Below, in pieces: positions 1-9,971 of a stretch of DNA of 64,000 nt (position 1 is the stretch's first letter; each line of letters begins with the position of its first letter). The stretch is from Thermodesulfobacteriota bacterium (GTDB lineage Bacteria; Desulfobacterota_D; UBA1144; Nemesobacterales; UBA2774), in assembly GCA_965216785.1 (NCBI GenBank), contig OZ244197.1, positions 256,001 through 320,000 of the forward strand, read 5' to 3'. The notes below the pieces were generated by a model that did not search any database, was not told the DNA's origin, and saw nothing but the letters and a program-made list of their open reading frames with translations. The position numbers were made by a program, and so were the translations under genes.

Positions 1-2
1 TT

Positions 3-473
3 CAGACTAAGCTCAAGTATCCTGAGCAGAGAAGAGTGTTTCGCATGATCCCCGGTCTTGAGCACGCCGAGTTCCTTCGCTACGGGAGTGTCCACCGAAA
101 TACCTACATACACTCACCCTCGCTTCTTCGTCCCACTCTGCAGATGAAAAATGACGATTCTATATACTTTGCCGGGCAGATAGTAGGTGTGGAGGGTTAT
201 ACTGAATCGACTGCCATGGGATTGATTGCGGGAATTAACGCCGCGCGTTCAGTGCTCGGGCTGGACTCTATAACCATACCTCCTGAGAGCTCTATAGGCT
301 CACTCCTTACGTACATAACAGATGAGAGCGTAAAACAATTCCAACCTATGAATATCAATTTTGGCTTATTCCCGCCGATAGGTAAAAGAGTGCCTAAAAA
401 TATAAAGAAAAAGCTCATCGCAGAGCGCGCGCTGTCTCAAATTGCAGCTATACGGGTGCCTGGCAACGATTGA
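3..473 (+). CDS. trmFO: tRNA (uracil-5-)-methyltransferase TrmFO (Gid), 5' end truncated by the window edge
   Basis: Frame is open from the window start ([20 protein letters not shown]). [24 protein letters not shown] and FQPMNINFG are TrmFO C-terminal motifs. Confidence 0.95.
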   Translation, partial: QTKLKYPEQRRVFRMIPGLEHAEFLRYGSVHRNTYIHSPSLLRPTLQMKNDDSIYFAGQIVGVEGYTESTAMGLIAGINAARSVLGLDSITIPPESSIGSLLTYITDESVKQFQPMNINFGLFPPIGKRVPKNIKKKLIAERALSQIAAIRVPGND

Positions 474-640
474 CCTAGATTTATTACCGGGTGCTAATTA
501 AGGGCAATAACGAGATATGAGCATTTATAACTTTTTACCAGCCCACAGTTCATGTAAGAGTTGAAAGAACGTTCAAGAAATAACTGACTTAACATTAAAA
601 ACACTTGACAACCGTCTGAAATTGATCTAATTTTTAACTA

Positions 641-985
641 ATGTTCCAGAATAGAGCTGAGATTCAATTACCGGATAAAATTTATTTCCGGATCGGTGAA
701 GTTAGCGATTTCACAGGCATAAAACCCTATGTACTTAGGTACTGGGAAAGTGAATTCGAGGAAATTAATCCGATCAGGAGAAAATCGCAGCGCCTTTATG
801 ACCGTGAGGCTATTCATACGATAGCAAAGATAAAAAACATGCTTTATGAGCAGAATTTCACGATCGCGGGCGCAAAGAAAAAGCTTAAAGAAGAAGCTAA
901 CCAAAAACGGGTCAGTACCAAAGTAAACGTTTTATTGCACGAAATCCTGGGCGAGCTTAAATCTATAAAGCAGAATCTGGGTTAA
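641..985 (+). CDS. MerR-family HTH regulator (type normally linked to ihfA and tRNA-Pro)
   Basis: PDKIYFRIGEVS..IKPYVLRYWESEF..R-Y..LYEQNFTIAGAKKKL. Lies directly upstream of tRNA-Pro. Confidence 0.9.
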   Translation: MFQNRAEIQLPDKIYFRIGEVSDFTGIKPYVLRYWESEFEEINPIRRKSQRLYDREAIHTIAKIKNMLYEQNFTIAGAKKKLKEEANQKRVSTKVNVLLHEILGELKSIKQNLG

Positions 986-1029
986 ATCTTTTATCCGCAC
1001 TTTCCACAATATATATTTTTTGTACTAGA

Positions 1030-1106
1030 CGGGGTGTAGCGCAGACTGGTAGCGCATCGGCTCGGGGAGCCGGGGGTCGCCGGTTCGAGTCCGGCCACCC
1101 CGACCA
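1030..1106 (+). tRNA. tRNA-Pro(GGG) with atypical C33
   Basis: Folded by hand: acceptor CGGGGTG/CACCCCG, D stem GCGC/GCGC, anticodon stem TCGGC/GCCGG with loop TCGGGGA, T arm GCCGG-TTCGAGT-CCGGC, discriminator A and encoded CCA. Confidence 0.95.
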
Positions 1107-1223
1107 TGAAAGTCGTTGAGGATAAGCTATGGAGCTTTTGCGTTTACCCTCTTGCCGTTAAGCCCTATTAGTGTATTGTGTATTGCTTTGTAAAATATAT
1201 TCCTCCGAGCAGGCGCAAACGAA

Positions 1224-1985
1224 ATGCACCCGAGAATATTGATATCAAATGACGACGGTATTAATTCCAAGGGACTTCACAGGCTTCACGAAGCTCTAAG
1301 TGAGCTTGGCGATGTGTTTGTCGTTGCTCCTGACCGTGATCAAAGCGCTGTTAGCCACTCTTTAAGCCTTTACAGACCCCTTCGTCTCGAGCAGGCGACA
1401 GAGCGGGTGTACACAGTGGACGGAACCCCGACCGATTGTATTAACCTTGCGATAAACGGGATAATGAACGACCACAGGCCCGACCTTGTGGTTTCGGGTA
1501 TAAACAAGGGCGAAAACCTGGGGGATGACATCACATACTCCGGAACGGTGAGCGCAGCGATGGAAGGAACACTACTGGGAGTGCCTTCGATCGCAATCTC
1601 ACTTGCGGGAAAAAATGACTATAATTTTGACGCCGCCTGTTACTACTCACTTAAAATATCAAAATACGTTCTTGAGAATAAACTCCCTAAAGACACCCTT
1701 CTGAACGTAAACGTACCGGGCATCGATAAAGAAGAGATAAAAGGTGTAATGGTTACGAGACAGGGTAAGCGCTTATATGAAGAGCCGGTTGTAGAGAAAA
1801 CAGACCCAAGAGGTAGAAAGTACTACTGGATTGGAGGGGATGCGCTTGATTTTATACATATAGAGAATTCAGATATTGTCGCTGTCAACGAGGGTTACGT
1901 ATCGGTTACTCCTATAACGCTCGATCTTACTGATTTTAATTTTATGGACAATCTCAGAAAAGGCCTCGTAGGTGAAAAAGCATGA
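1224..1985 (+). CDS. surE: 5'/3'-nucleotidase SurE
   Basis: ILISNDDG, DGTPTDC, SGINKGENLG and YSGTVSAAMEG motifs. Confidence 0.97.
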   Translation: MHPRILISNDDGINSKGLHRLHEALSELGDVFVVAPDRDQSAVSHSLSLYRPLRLEQATERVYTVDGTPTDCINLAINGIMNDHRPDLVVSGINKGENLGDDITYSGTVSAAMEGTLLGVPSIAISLAGKNDYNFDAACYYSLKISKYVLENKLPKDTLLNVNVPGIDKEEIKGVMVTRQGKRLYEEPVVEKTDPRGRKYYWIGGDALDFIHIENSDIVAVNEGYVSVTPITLDLTDFNFMDNLRKGLVGEKA

Positions 1986-2566
1986 TCAGAAGACTCTATG
2001 ACTGGGTTCTCAGCTGGGCGGATACCAGGTTTGGCGTGCCGGCGCTTGCGGCGGTTTCGTTTATCGAATCCTCATTCTTTCCTGTACCGCCCGACCCCTT
2101 GCTCATGGCGCTCTGTCTGGGTAAACCCAAAAAGTCGTTTTGGTTCGCTTTTGTATGTTCTGTCAGCTCAGTGCTTGGCGGTATTCTGGGCTATTTTATA
2201 GGCCTCGCGTTGTGGGAGCTTTTGAGCGGATTTTTCTTTACATACTTATTTACTCCAGAAGCGTTTACGTATGTAGGCGACAGGTATGAGGAAAACGCGT
2301 TTATAGCTATATTAGGAGCGGCCCTTACCCCTATACCCTATAAAGTATTCACAATAGGCGCAGGGGTATTTAAAATCAGCCTGCTGACTTTGATTGCGGC
2401 TTCCGTCATCGGACGCTCTGCGAGATTCTTCATTGAAGCGGGGCTTATATTCTTTTTGGGCAATAGAATAAAATCATTTATAGACAGATACTTTAATATA
2501 CTTGTAACACTATTTTTCATACTCTTGGTACTCGGATTTATACTCGTCAAGTTCTACATGAAATAA
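1982..2566 (+). CDS. YqaA/DedA-family membrane protein
   Basis: SFIESSFFPVPPD and LTPIPYKVFTI motifs; start overlaps the surE stop (ATGA). Confidence 0.9.
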   Translation: MIRRLYDWVLSWADTRFGVPALAAVSFIESSFFPVPPDPLLMALCLGKPKKSFWFAFVCSVSSVLGGILGYFIGLALWELLSGFFFTYLFTPEAFTYVGDRYEENAFIAILGAALTPIPYKVFTIGAGVFKISLLTLIAASVIGRSARFFIEAGLIFFLGNRIKSFIDRYFNILVTLFFILLVLGFILVKFYMK

Positions 2567-2666
2567 TTGGACTTTATAAAACTATCCACCCCGATTCGAG
2601 GGATTAATGCGCAAGTGATTAGAATCATATATTTTATGTGTTATTATATTTACAGGGGGTGATTAT

Positions 2667-3875
2667 ATGGGTGATTTTTACCAGTCAACAAAAATTTCAA
2701 CTCTACACAGGTTAAACAGGGACAATCTTTCTCAGCTCGAAGAGGAGTTAAACGATTACTCCAAGAACCGTCCTATTGCCCTTGTGCTCCCTTGTCTTTA
2801 CTCTGAGCTCGAGCGGCAGGCGCTCAGAGACATACTGGAGAAATTAAAAGACGTTACATACCTAAACGAAATCATAATAACGCTTGGAAGAGCCGACAAG
2901 GAAAAATTTAAGTACGCACAGGAATATTTCTCCATACTTCCGCAGAACTATAAACTCATATGGGACGACGGCGAGAATATCACATCGCTTTTTAATCTCC
3001 TTAAGGAAAACGGGCTTTACGTAGGGGATCCCGGGAAAGGCAGAGCCGCCTGGATTGCGTATGGATACGTGCTTGCCAGGGATGAGAGTGAAGTTATCGC
3101 GCTTCATGATTGTGACGTTTTGACGTATAGCCGGGAGCTCCTGGCCAGACTCTGTTACCCGCTTGTAAACCCCAATATGGATTATGAGTTTTGTAAAGGA
3201 TACTACCCGCGCGTCACCGACAGGTTATACGGCCGCGTAACAAGGCTGTTTATTTACCCTATCATAAGCGCGCTCATTAAAATGGTCGGCCACCTGCCCT
3301 TCTTGGACTATCTAAGCAGCTTTAGGTACCCCCTGGCAGGAGAGTTTTCAATGAAATCCGACCTGGCCAGAATCAACCGGATCCCCTCTGACTGGGGACT
3401 CGAGGTAGGCTCTCTGGCCGAGGTTTACAGAAACGTCTCTCTTAAGAGGGTATGTCAGGTGGACCTTGCAGATAACTACGATCATAAACACCAGGACATA
3501 TCGGCCCACGACCCCACCGGAGGGCTCCTTAAAATGTGCGCCGATATATCCAAATCGCTCTTTAGAACCATCTCTTCAGACGGCGTAAGGTTTCCGGAAA
3601 GCTTTTTCAGCACTTTAATCGGCACCTATCTGAGGATCGCTCAGAACACTATTAAAATGTATGATGACGACGCTGCCATTAATGGTCTGTTTTTTGACAG
3701 ACACGCCGAAGGACTTGCGGTTGAGACATTCGTGGAGGGTATAAAAATCGCGAGCGTAAGCTTCCTTGAAGATCCGTTGGGCTCACAGTTAATCCCAAAT
3801 TGGAGCAGGGTAACATCCGCAATACCTGACATTTTAGAGCAGCTCAAAGAAGCTGTTGATGAGGATAATGCCTGA
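2667..3875 (+). CDS. gpgS: Glucosyl-3-phosphoglycerate synthase (GpgS-type GT-A glycosyltransferase)
   Basis: MGDFYQ N-terminus, PGKGRA, HDCD (DxD), FCKGYYPR, GRVTRL, FRYPLAGEF, DWGLEVG and YDHKHQ motifs; coupled to a HAD phosphatase. Confidence 0.8.
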   Translation: MGDFYQSTKISTLHRLNRDNLSQLEEELNDYSKNRPIALVLPCLYSELERQALRDILEKLKDVTYLNEIIITLGRADKEKFKYAQEYFSILPQNYKLIWDDGENITSLFNLLKENGLYVGDPGKGRAAWIAYGYVLARDESEVIALHDCDVLTYSRELLARLCYPLVNPNMDYEFCKGYYPRVTDRLYGRVTRLFIYPIISALIKMVGHLPFLDYLSSFRYPLAGEFSMKSDLARINRIPSDWGLEVGSLAEVYRNVSLKRVCQVDLADNYDHKHQDISAHDPTGGLLKMCADISKSLFRTISSDGVRFPESFFSTLIGTYLRIAQNTIKMYDDDAAINGLFFDRHAEGLAVETFVEGIKIASVSFLEDPLGSQLIPNWSRVTSAIPDILEQLKEAVDEDNA

Positions 3876-4683
3876 GAATTATCTTGTCTATACAGATCTA
3901 GACGGGACACTACTCGACCACGATACCTATTCATTCCAGCCGGCCCGTGAGGCGATCGGGCTCATTCAGGAAAAAAACATACCGCTTATTGTATGCACCA
4001 GCAAAACCAGAGCTGAAATAGAGTTTGTCAGAAAACTGCTTAGCAACAAAGAGCCTTTCATTTCTGAAAACGGCGGAGGGATATTTATTCCTGAAGGGTA
4101 TTTTAAGACCGAATTTAAGTATGACAGAGATATAAAAGGCTATAAAGTAATAGAGTTCGGAACCCCAGCAGGCCTACTCCGTAAGGCGCTTTCCGAAATA
4201 TCCCGGGAAACCGGGATCGAGCTCAAGGGGTTTTCAGACATGAGCGTGAGCGAGCTGTCCGGGCTCACAGGCCTTGACGAGCATACGGCCGGGCTATCTC
4301 AGGTACGTGACTACAGCGAGCCTTTTCTTATTTGTGGAAATGATAAAGACACGGAAACTCTTATAGAGAAAATTAATCTAATAGGATATAGGCACACCAG
4401 AGGGGGCAGGTTCCATCATATACTAGGTGAGAACGACAAGGGCAAGGCTGTAAGGACACTAACAGATATATACGTAAAAGAGCTTGGGGACGTAACTACA
4501 GTAGGGCTCGGAGACAGTTTGAACGATCTGCCGATGCTTAAAGAAGTGGATATCCCGGTACTGGTACAAAAACCCTCTGGCGGATATGAAAAGGACATCA
4601 GTATTAAGAATCTAGTTTACGCACAGGCTCCCGGCCCTTACGGCTGGAACGCGGAAATATTAAAGATATTGATGAACTCCTAG
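3868..4683 (+). CDS. Glucosyl/mannosyl-3-phosphoglycerate phosphatase (HAD IIB, GpgP/YedP-like)
   Basis: TDLDGTLLD, TSKTRAE, ISENGG, RGGRF and GDSLNDLPML motifs. Start moved to ATG 3868, which follows GAGGA. Confidence 0.88.
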   Translation: MPENYLVYTDLDGTLLDHDTYSFQPAREAIGLIQEKNIPLIVCTSKTRAEIEFVRKLLSNKEPFISENGGGIFIPEGYFKTEFKYDRDIKGYKVIEFGTPAGLLRKALSEISRETGIELKGFSDMSVSELSGLTGLDEHTAGLSQVRDYSEPFLICGNDKDTETLIEKINLIGYRHTRGGRFHHILGENDKGKAVRTLTDIYVKELGDVTTVGLGDSLNDLPMLKEVDIPVLVQKPSGGYEKDISIKNLVYAQAPGPYGWNAEILKILMNS

Positions 4684-4739
4684 TCCAAAGCTGCTAATAT
4701 TAATAGAATCTGAACACTAAAGTGGTATCATTATAAGAT

Positions 4740-5705
4740 ATGGCAAGGTTTCCGATACGATCTAATAGAAGGAAAAGAAGAAGTAAGATCCTTCCCTTTA
4801 TACTGGGTTCGATATTATTCCACCTTCTGCTTCTGGCCATTTTCATCCTAACCAATATCGAGCTTATTGACCAGCACGCCAAAGAGGAGAAGGAAGAGCC
4901 TGAGTATATTGAAATCACCGAGCTTCCCGTACCTAAAGAGAAAGAGACAAAGCCGCCTGAAAAACCAAAGCGCCTAGCTGAGAGGTCGCACATAGCCCCG
5001 GAGGAAAAAACCAGGGACGATTTTACCAAGCAAACCCCTGCAGTCCCTCCGCAGCCACCTGTTCAGGCCCAGCCGAAGCCAAAACCCCAAGAACCTAAAA
5101 AAGCTGAAAAGAAAGAAGAAACTAAAGTCGCGAAGAAACCAAAAGAGGCAGAAAAGAAAGAACCCTCGGCCAGAGAAACACTCCTTAGGGACGATAAGCT
5201 CGCTTCACTTCCGAGAGAAGAGCTGAAAAAAGAATCTAAGAAATCAAAACCCGCAAAAGACCCTTCCGAGATCACAAGGGAAGACCTTTTCAGAGAAAGC
5301 CCAAGCTCGGCGCCTCAGAGACAAAGAAACCCGCAGGACTTTCTGGGAGCAAGAGACGTAGAGAAAAAAGAAGACACGGTTGATCTGAGCACGACAGAGT
5401 TTAAATATTTGTCTTACTTCCTGAAACTAAAGAGCAAGGTTGAGTCCGTATGGACATACCCCAAGGAATCGCGCTACAGGGGTGAGCAGGGAACCCTGTT
5501 CTTAGTCTTTACCTTGGCAAGTAACGGTGAGCTGATCGATATACAGCTAATAACATCCTCAGGACACGCAAGGCTCGATAACGAAGCATTCCGGGCGCTC
5601 AAAGCGGGCTCAAGGTATGCCCCGTTCCCAAAGAGCTGGGGCGGGCTTGAAAGGCTTAATATCAGGGCTTCATTTACATACGGTTACGGCGGGTTTATCA
5701 GATAA
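4740..5705 (+). CDS. TonB-family energy transducer
   Basis: TM helix with SxxxH, Pro/Lys/Glu-rich linker, and a TonB C-terminal domain (WTYP..GEQG..SSGHARLD..APFP). Confidence 0.85.
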   Translation: MARFPIRSNRRKRRSKILPFILGSILFHLLLLAIFILTNIELIDQHAKEEKEEPEYIEITELPVPKEKETKPPEKPKRLAERSHIAPEEKTRDDFTKQTPAVPPQPPVQAQPKPKPQEPKKAEKKEETKVAKKPKEAEKKEPSARETLLRDDKLASLPREELKKESKKSKPAKDPSEITREDLFRESPSSAPQRQRNPQDFLGARDVEKKEDTVDLSTTEFKYLSYFLKLKSKVESVWTYPKESRYRGEQGTLFLVFTLASNGELIDIQLITSSGHARLDNEAFRALKAGSRYAPFPKSWGGLERLNIRASFTYGYGGFIR

Positions 5706-5709
5706 CGCC

Positions 5710-6753
5710 TCACAGTACTGTGAGGGTGCTTTCAAGCTTTTTATCATCTACAATGTGACCAATGATGTAAGCTTTTTCCCTCATACGGCGTATTCTCTTG
5801 ATTACATCCTCCGAATCCTTTTTACTCACTACCAGTACGAACCCTATGCCGCAGTTAAAAGTCCTTAGCATCTCGTCCCTGTCTACAGAGCCTCTTTTCT
5901 GAATGAGCTCGAAGATGGGGAGATAAGGCCAGGTTGAAGAGTCCAAAACGGCACCGCACCCCTCGGGCAGTACCCTGGGTATATTTTCCAGAAGCCCGCC
6001 TCCTGTGATGTGAGCCATTGCCTTAATCTTGAATTCTTCTTTTAGCTTCTTAACGGTCTTAACGTATATCTTTGTCGGTTCTAAAAGCTCTTCTCCCAGC
6101 GTACGTTTAAGGGCAGGGTGCTTTTTTTTGAGTGCATTATTATTCTTTTTGATGAGAACGTGTCTTGCGAGCGAAAATCCGTTTGAATGAAGCCCGCTTG
6201 AGGAAATACCTATCACTGCGTCTCCGGGTCCGACTTTACTCCCGTCAATTACTTTTCCTTTATCGACTATTCCGACAACGAAACCGGCAAGATCAAAATC
6301 TCCGCGCTTGTAAAACCCGGGCATCTCCGCGGTCTCGCCTCCTAGAAGCGCGCACTCAGCCATTTTACAGCCCCTCGCTATGCCCTTTATTACCTGGGCC
6401 GCCTCTTCAGGGTCGAGCTTAGAAGTCGCAAGGTAATCAAGGAAGAAAAGAGGCTCTGCGCCGCATGTGATTATGTCATTTACATTCATCGCCACAAGGT
6501 CAATGCCGACCGTATCGAGCCTTTTCATATCTATTGCGATCTTAAGCTTTGTGCCGACACCGTCCGCGGCCGAAACCAGAACAGGGTTTTTGTACTTCCC
6601 TTTGGGAATCGAGTATGCGCCCGAAAAACCACCGAGTTTACCCATTACGTTCTCATCTGCTGTGGCTCTCGCAAGCGGTTTTATTAGATCTACAAGACGG
6701 TTCCCGGCGTCTATGTCCACACCGGAGCTTTTATAAGAGGATTTCTTTGCCAT
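5710..6753 (-). CDS. purM: Phosphoribosylformylglycinamidine cyclo-ligase (AIR synthetase)
   Basis: YKSSGVDIDAG, DGVGTK, GGETAEMPG, SSGLHSNGFSL and HITGGG motifs. Start trimmed to MAKKSSY (ATG 6753). Confidence 0.97.
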   Translation of the reverse strand: MAKKSSYKSSGVDIDAGNRLVDLIKPLARATADENVMGKLGGFSGAYSIPKGKYKNPVLVSAADGVGTKLKIAIDMKRLDTVGIDLVAMNVNDIITCGAEPLFFLDYLATSKLDPEEAAQVIKGIARGCKMAECALLGGETAEMPGFYKRGDFDLAGFVVGIVDKGKVIDGSKVGPGDAVIGISSSGLHSNGFSLARHVLIKKNNNALKKKHPALKRTLGEELLEPTKIYVKTVKKLKEEFKIKAMAHITGGGLLENIPRVLPEGCGAVLDSSTWPYLPIFELIQKRGSVDRDEMLRTFNCGIGFVLVVSKKDSEDVIKRIRRMREKAYIIGHIVDDKKLESTLTVL

Positions 6754-6905
6754 TACGGTGTGGAAACATACCTGAAAGAGAGTGGTTGATAAAATATATA
6801 ATATTCCGGCCTGCAAAAATTTGAGTTTATTTGAATATCGAATTCCCAAAAAATCTGAGTATGGTATTATTCTCCCTCAACTTTAAGGAGTTCTAAAACA
6901 GTAAA

Positions 6906-7793
6906 ATGACATTTCAGGAAGTGATACTCGGGCTTCAGGAATTTTGGGCCAAAAAGGGCTGTATTATCATGCAGCCTTACGACGTGGAGAAGGGAGCGGG
7001 TACGTTCCACCCGGCCACGTTTCTCAGGTGCCTTGGGCCAGAGCCGTGGCACGTGGCATACGTTGAGCCTTCGAGGCGACCCACGGACGGGCGTTACGGA
7101 GACAACCCGAACCGTCTACAGCACTACTATCAGTTTCAGGTGATTATTAAACCCTCTCCCAAGGACATACAGGAACTATACCTCGAGAGCCTTAAGTATC
7201 TGGGCATAGACCCACTGGTACACGACATAAGATTCGTAGAGGACGACTGGGAGTCGCCTACACTCGGTGCATGGGGACTTGGGTGGGAAGTGTGGCTCGA
7301 CGGGATGGAGATCACACAGTTCACATACTTTCAGCAGGCGGGCGGAATTGACCTTAAGCCCGTATCGGCCGAGATAACATACGGGACAGAGAGAATCGCG
7401 ATGTATCTTCAGGGAGTTGAGAGCGTATATGATCTTGAGTGGACTGAAGGGATTACTTACGGCGAGATACACCACCGCGATGAATACGAATTCTCAAAAT
7501 ATAACTTTGAAGAATCAAATGCGGACATGCTCCGCGATACGTTCGACAAGTTCGAGCGGGAATGCGGACATTTAATCGACAAGAAGCTCCCTCTCCCAGC
7601 TTATGATTACTGCCTTAAATGCTCACACACTTTTAATCTCCTAGATGCCCGTGGGGCGATCGGAGTAACCGAACGCGCTTCTTACATAGGGAGAGTGAGA
7701 GCGCTTGCCAAGAAGTGCGCCGAAGGATATCTGGAGCAAAGGGAGGAGATGGGATTTCCCCTCGCAGTGAAGAACCCATGGAAAAAGAGCTAA
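6906..7793 (+). CDS. glyQ: Glycine-tRNA ligase alpha subunit
   Basis: [39 protein letters not shown] and EITYGTER motifs. Confidence 0.98.
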   Translation: MTFQEVILGLQEFWAKKGCIIMQPYDVEKGAGTFHPATFLRCLGPEPWHVAYVEPSRRPTDGRYGDNPNRLQHYYQFQVIIKPSPKDIQELYLESLKYLGIDPLVHDIRFVEDDWESPTLGAWGLGWEVWLDGMEITQFTYFQQAGGIDLKPVSAEITYGTERIAMYLQGVESVYDLEWTEGITYGEIHHRDEYEFSKYNFEESNADMLRDTFDKFERECGHLIDKKLPLPAYDYCLKCSHTFNLLDARGAIGVTERASYIGRVRALAKKCAEGYLEQREEMGFPLAVKNPWKKS

Positions 7794-9865
7794 TACTGGA
7801 AATAGGTACAGAAGAGATACCCGCGGGCTTTATCGAGTTTGCGCTTGCCGATTTAGAGCAGGACGCCAGAAAGAAACTTGATGGAGCTTCTCTCAAATTT
7901 AAGGGAATTTCGACCTACGGCACCCCAAGAAGGCTTACGTTAAGGGTTAGCGGTCTTGCCGATAAGCAACAAGACCAAACAAAAGAGGCCTACGGTCCGC
8001 CTGTTAATATCGCCTACGATGATAAGGGGAATCCTACTAAACCCGCCCTCGGCTTTGCGAAGTCACAGGGAGTCGATATAAAAGACGTCGTTAAGGTCAA
8101 ACGCGACAGAGGCGAATTTCTAGCGGTAATAAAAAAATTCAAAGGGCAGAAAACCGAAAAGCTTCTAAAAGATATACTCCCCGATCTGATACTTTCGATA
8201 CCGTTTAGAAAATCCATGAAGTGGGGAGACGGGGATATCACATTCGTAAGACCCATAAGATGGGTGCTTACGGTATACGGCGGGAAGACCGTAACTTTTG
8301 AGCTTGAAGGCTTAAAGAGCTCGTCAAAGAGCTACGGGCACAGGTTCATGCACCCCAAGGGATTTAAGGTTACGAGCTGGGAAGACTATACGGAAAAACT
8401 TAAAAAGGGATACGTGATATTAGATCAGGACAGAAGAAAGAGTGATATTGTAAAAGGTATAGACGCTCTCGCAAAGAAAATCAGCGGCAAGATTACAGAG
8501 GATGAGGAGCTTCTAGAAACCGTTACAAATCTTGTTGAATACCCGCTAGTACTTAAAGGAGATTTCGAAAAGGAATTCCTGAATCTCCCAAAAGAAGTAC
8601 TAATTAGCGTAATGAAGAACCACCAGAAATACTTCCCGGTAAATAACGCTAGAAATAAGAGCAAGCTGCTCCCTCATTTTATTTTTGTTTGCGGCACTCC
8701 CGTTAAAGACCCGGACGTGGTAGTCAAAGGAAACGAGAGAGTAATCAGGGCGCGCTTTACTGACGCCCGCTTCTTCTTTGACGAGGACAAGAGCGCTCCA
8801 CTCGGGGATAAAGTGGAAGAGCTTAAAGGAATGGTATTTCTCTCAGACGTAGGTAGTTACTATGATAAAACCGAGAGAATAAAAAAATTAGCCTCAGGCA
8901 TAGCAAAAAATATCGGCTTCGAAGGCCCTGTAAAAGACGTAGAGACTGCGGCTTTTCTGTCGAAAGCCGACCTCGCAACGCAAATGGTTTTCGAGTTCCC
9001 AGAGCTTCAGGGAACTATGGGAAAATACTACGCCGAGCTTTCAGGAGAGAAGAAAGAAGTCGCCCAGGCGATAGAAGAGCACTACATGCCCGTCTCACGT
9101 GACGGGGAGCTTCCTGGAAGTGACATAGGCTCTATCGTGAGCATAGCGGACAAGGCAGACTCTATATCCGCGTGCTTCATTTCAGGACTCATACCCACGG
9201 GAACTCAGGACCCCTATGCACTCAGACGCCAGGCAATCGGAATAATAAACATCATTCTTGAAAGAGGCTATCACCTGAACCTGTCAGAGACATTCAAGAC
9301 GAGCATTGAGACAATTACACAGCAAACGAACAAAAAGTTTAAAGAGTCAGAGGAAAACGTGCTCGGCAGCATATTAGATTTCCTCACCGAGAGGTTCAGA
9401 AATATTATGATTGATAAAGGCTACTCCCAGGACGTTGTGGACGCTGTGGTTTCCGTAGAGCTCGATGACCCACTCGAAGCGCAGAGGAAGATAGAGGCCC
9501 TGTCCGAGTTTAGAAAAGCGCCCGACTTCGAGGCTCTGGGAATAGCGTTTAAGAGAGTCGTGAATATAGTAAAGGACCATACCAAAACAGCGGTTGAGGA
9601 AAGCCTCTTTTTAGAAGCTGTGGAAAAAGAGCTCTATGAGTCATTCAACAAGGTCAGGATAAAAGTAGACTCCGAAATCTCAGAGAAGAACTATGAGAAG
9701 TCCCTATCACTAATGAAGAACCTCAGAGAACCCGTCGATAAATACTTTGAGGGCGTAATGGTAATGGACAAAGACCCTAAGCTTAAGAAAAACAGATTAT
9801 CCATGCTTTCTCATATAAGGGAGTTGTTTTTCAAAATCGCGGATTTCTCGAAACTCAGCACCTAG
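7778..9865 (+). CDS. glyS: Glycine-tRNA ligase beta subunit
   Basis: [29 protein letters not shown] and DPYALRR motifs. Start trimmed to MEKELILE (ATG 7778). Confidence 0.97.
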   Translation: MEKELILEIGTEEIPAGFIEFALADLEQDARKKLDGASLKFKGISTYGTPRRLTLRVSGLADKQQDQTKEAYGPPVNIAYDDKGNPTKPALGFAKSQGVDIKDVVKVKRDRGEFLAVIKKFKGQKTEKLLKDILPDLILSIPFRKSMKWGDGDITFVRPIRWVLTVYGGKTVTFELEGLKSSSKSYGHRFMHPKGFKVTSWEDYTEKLKKGYVILDQDRRKSDIVKGIDALAKKISGKITEDEELLETVTNLVEYPLVLKGDFEKEFLNLPKEVLISVMKNHQKYFPVNNARNKSKLLPHFIFVCGTPVKDPDVVVKGNERVIRARFTDARFFFDEDKSAPLGDKVEELKGMVFLSDVGSYYDKTERIKKLASGIAKNIGFEGPVKDVETAAFLSKADLATQMVFEFPELQGTMGKYYAELSGEKKEVAQAIEEHYMPVSRDGELPGSDIGSIVSIADKADSISACFISGLIPTGTQDPYALRRQAIGIINIILERGYHLNLSETFKTSIETITQQTNKKFKESEENVLGSILDFLTERFRNIMIDKGYSQDVVDAVVSVELDDPLEAQRKIEALSEFRKAPDFEALGIAFKRVVNIVKDHTKTAVEESLFLEAVEKELYESFNKVRIKVDSEISEKNYEKSLSLMKNLREPVDKYFEGVMVMDKDPKLKKNRLSMLSHIRELFFKIADFSKLST

Positions 9866-9920
9866 GACAAAGCACAATTCAATCCTGCCCTACCCCCTTT
9901 CTCTAAACAAGCTTTAAATC

Positions 9921-9955
9921 CAAAGAGAGCCTAAATTTTATTCAGGCCCCCTTTG
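9921..9955 (-). terminator. Probable hairpin terminator after rny
   Basis: The minus-strand arms CAAAGGGGGCCTGA and TTAGGCTCTCTTTG pair using G-U wobbles, which would be A-C mismatches on the + strand. Lies between convergent glyS and rny. Confidence 0.55.
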
Positions 9956-9971
9956 ATTAGTCTCAGATCTT

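Noticed and set aside
478-491. 14-bp match (GATTTATTACCGGG) to the reverse complement of 13937-13950
   Set aside because: Several 14-mer coincidences are expected by chance in 64 kb, and the match does not extend.
1107-1223. Integrative element at tRNA-Pro
   Set aside because: No integrase and no duplicated tRNA 3' end were seen in the window; surE follows directly.
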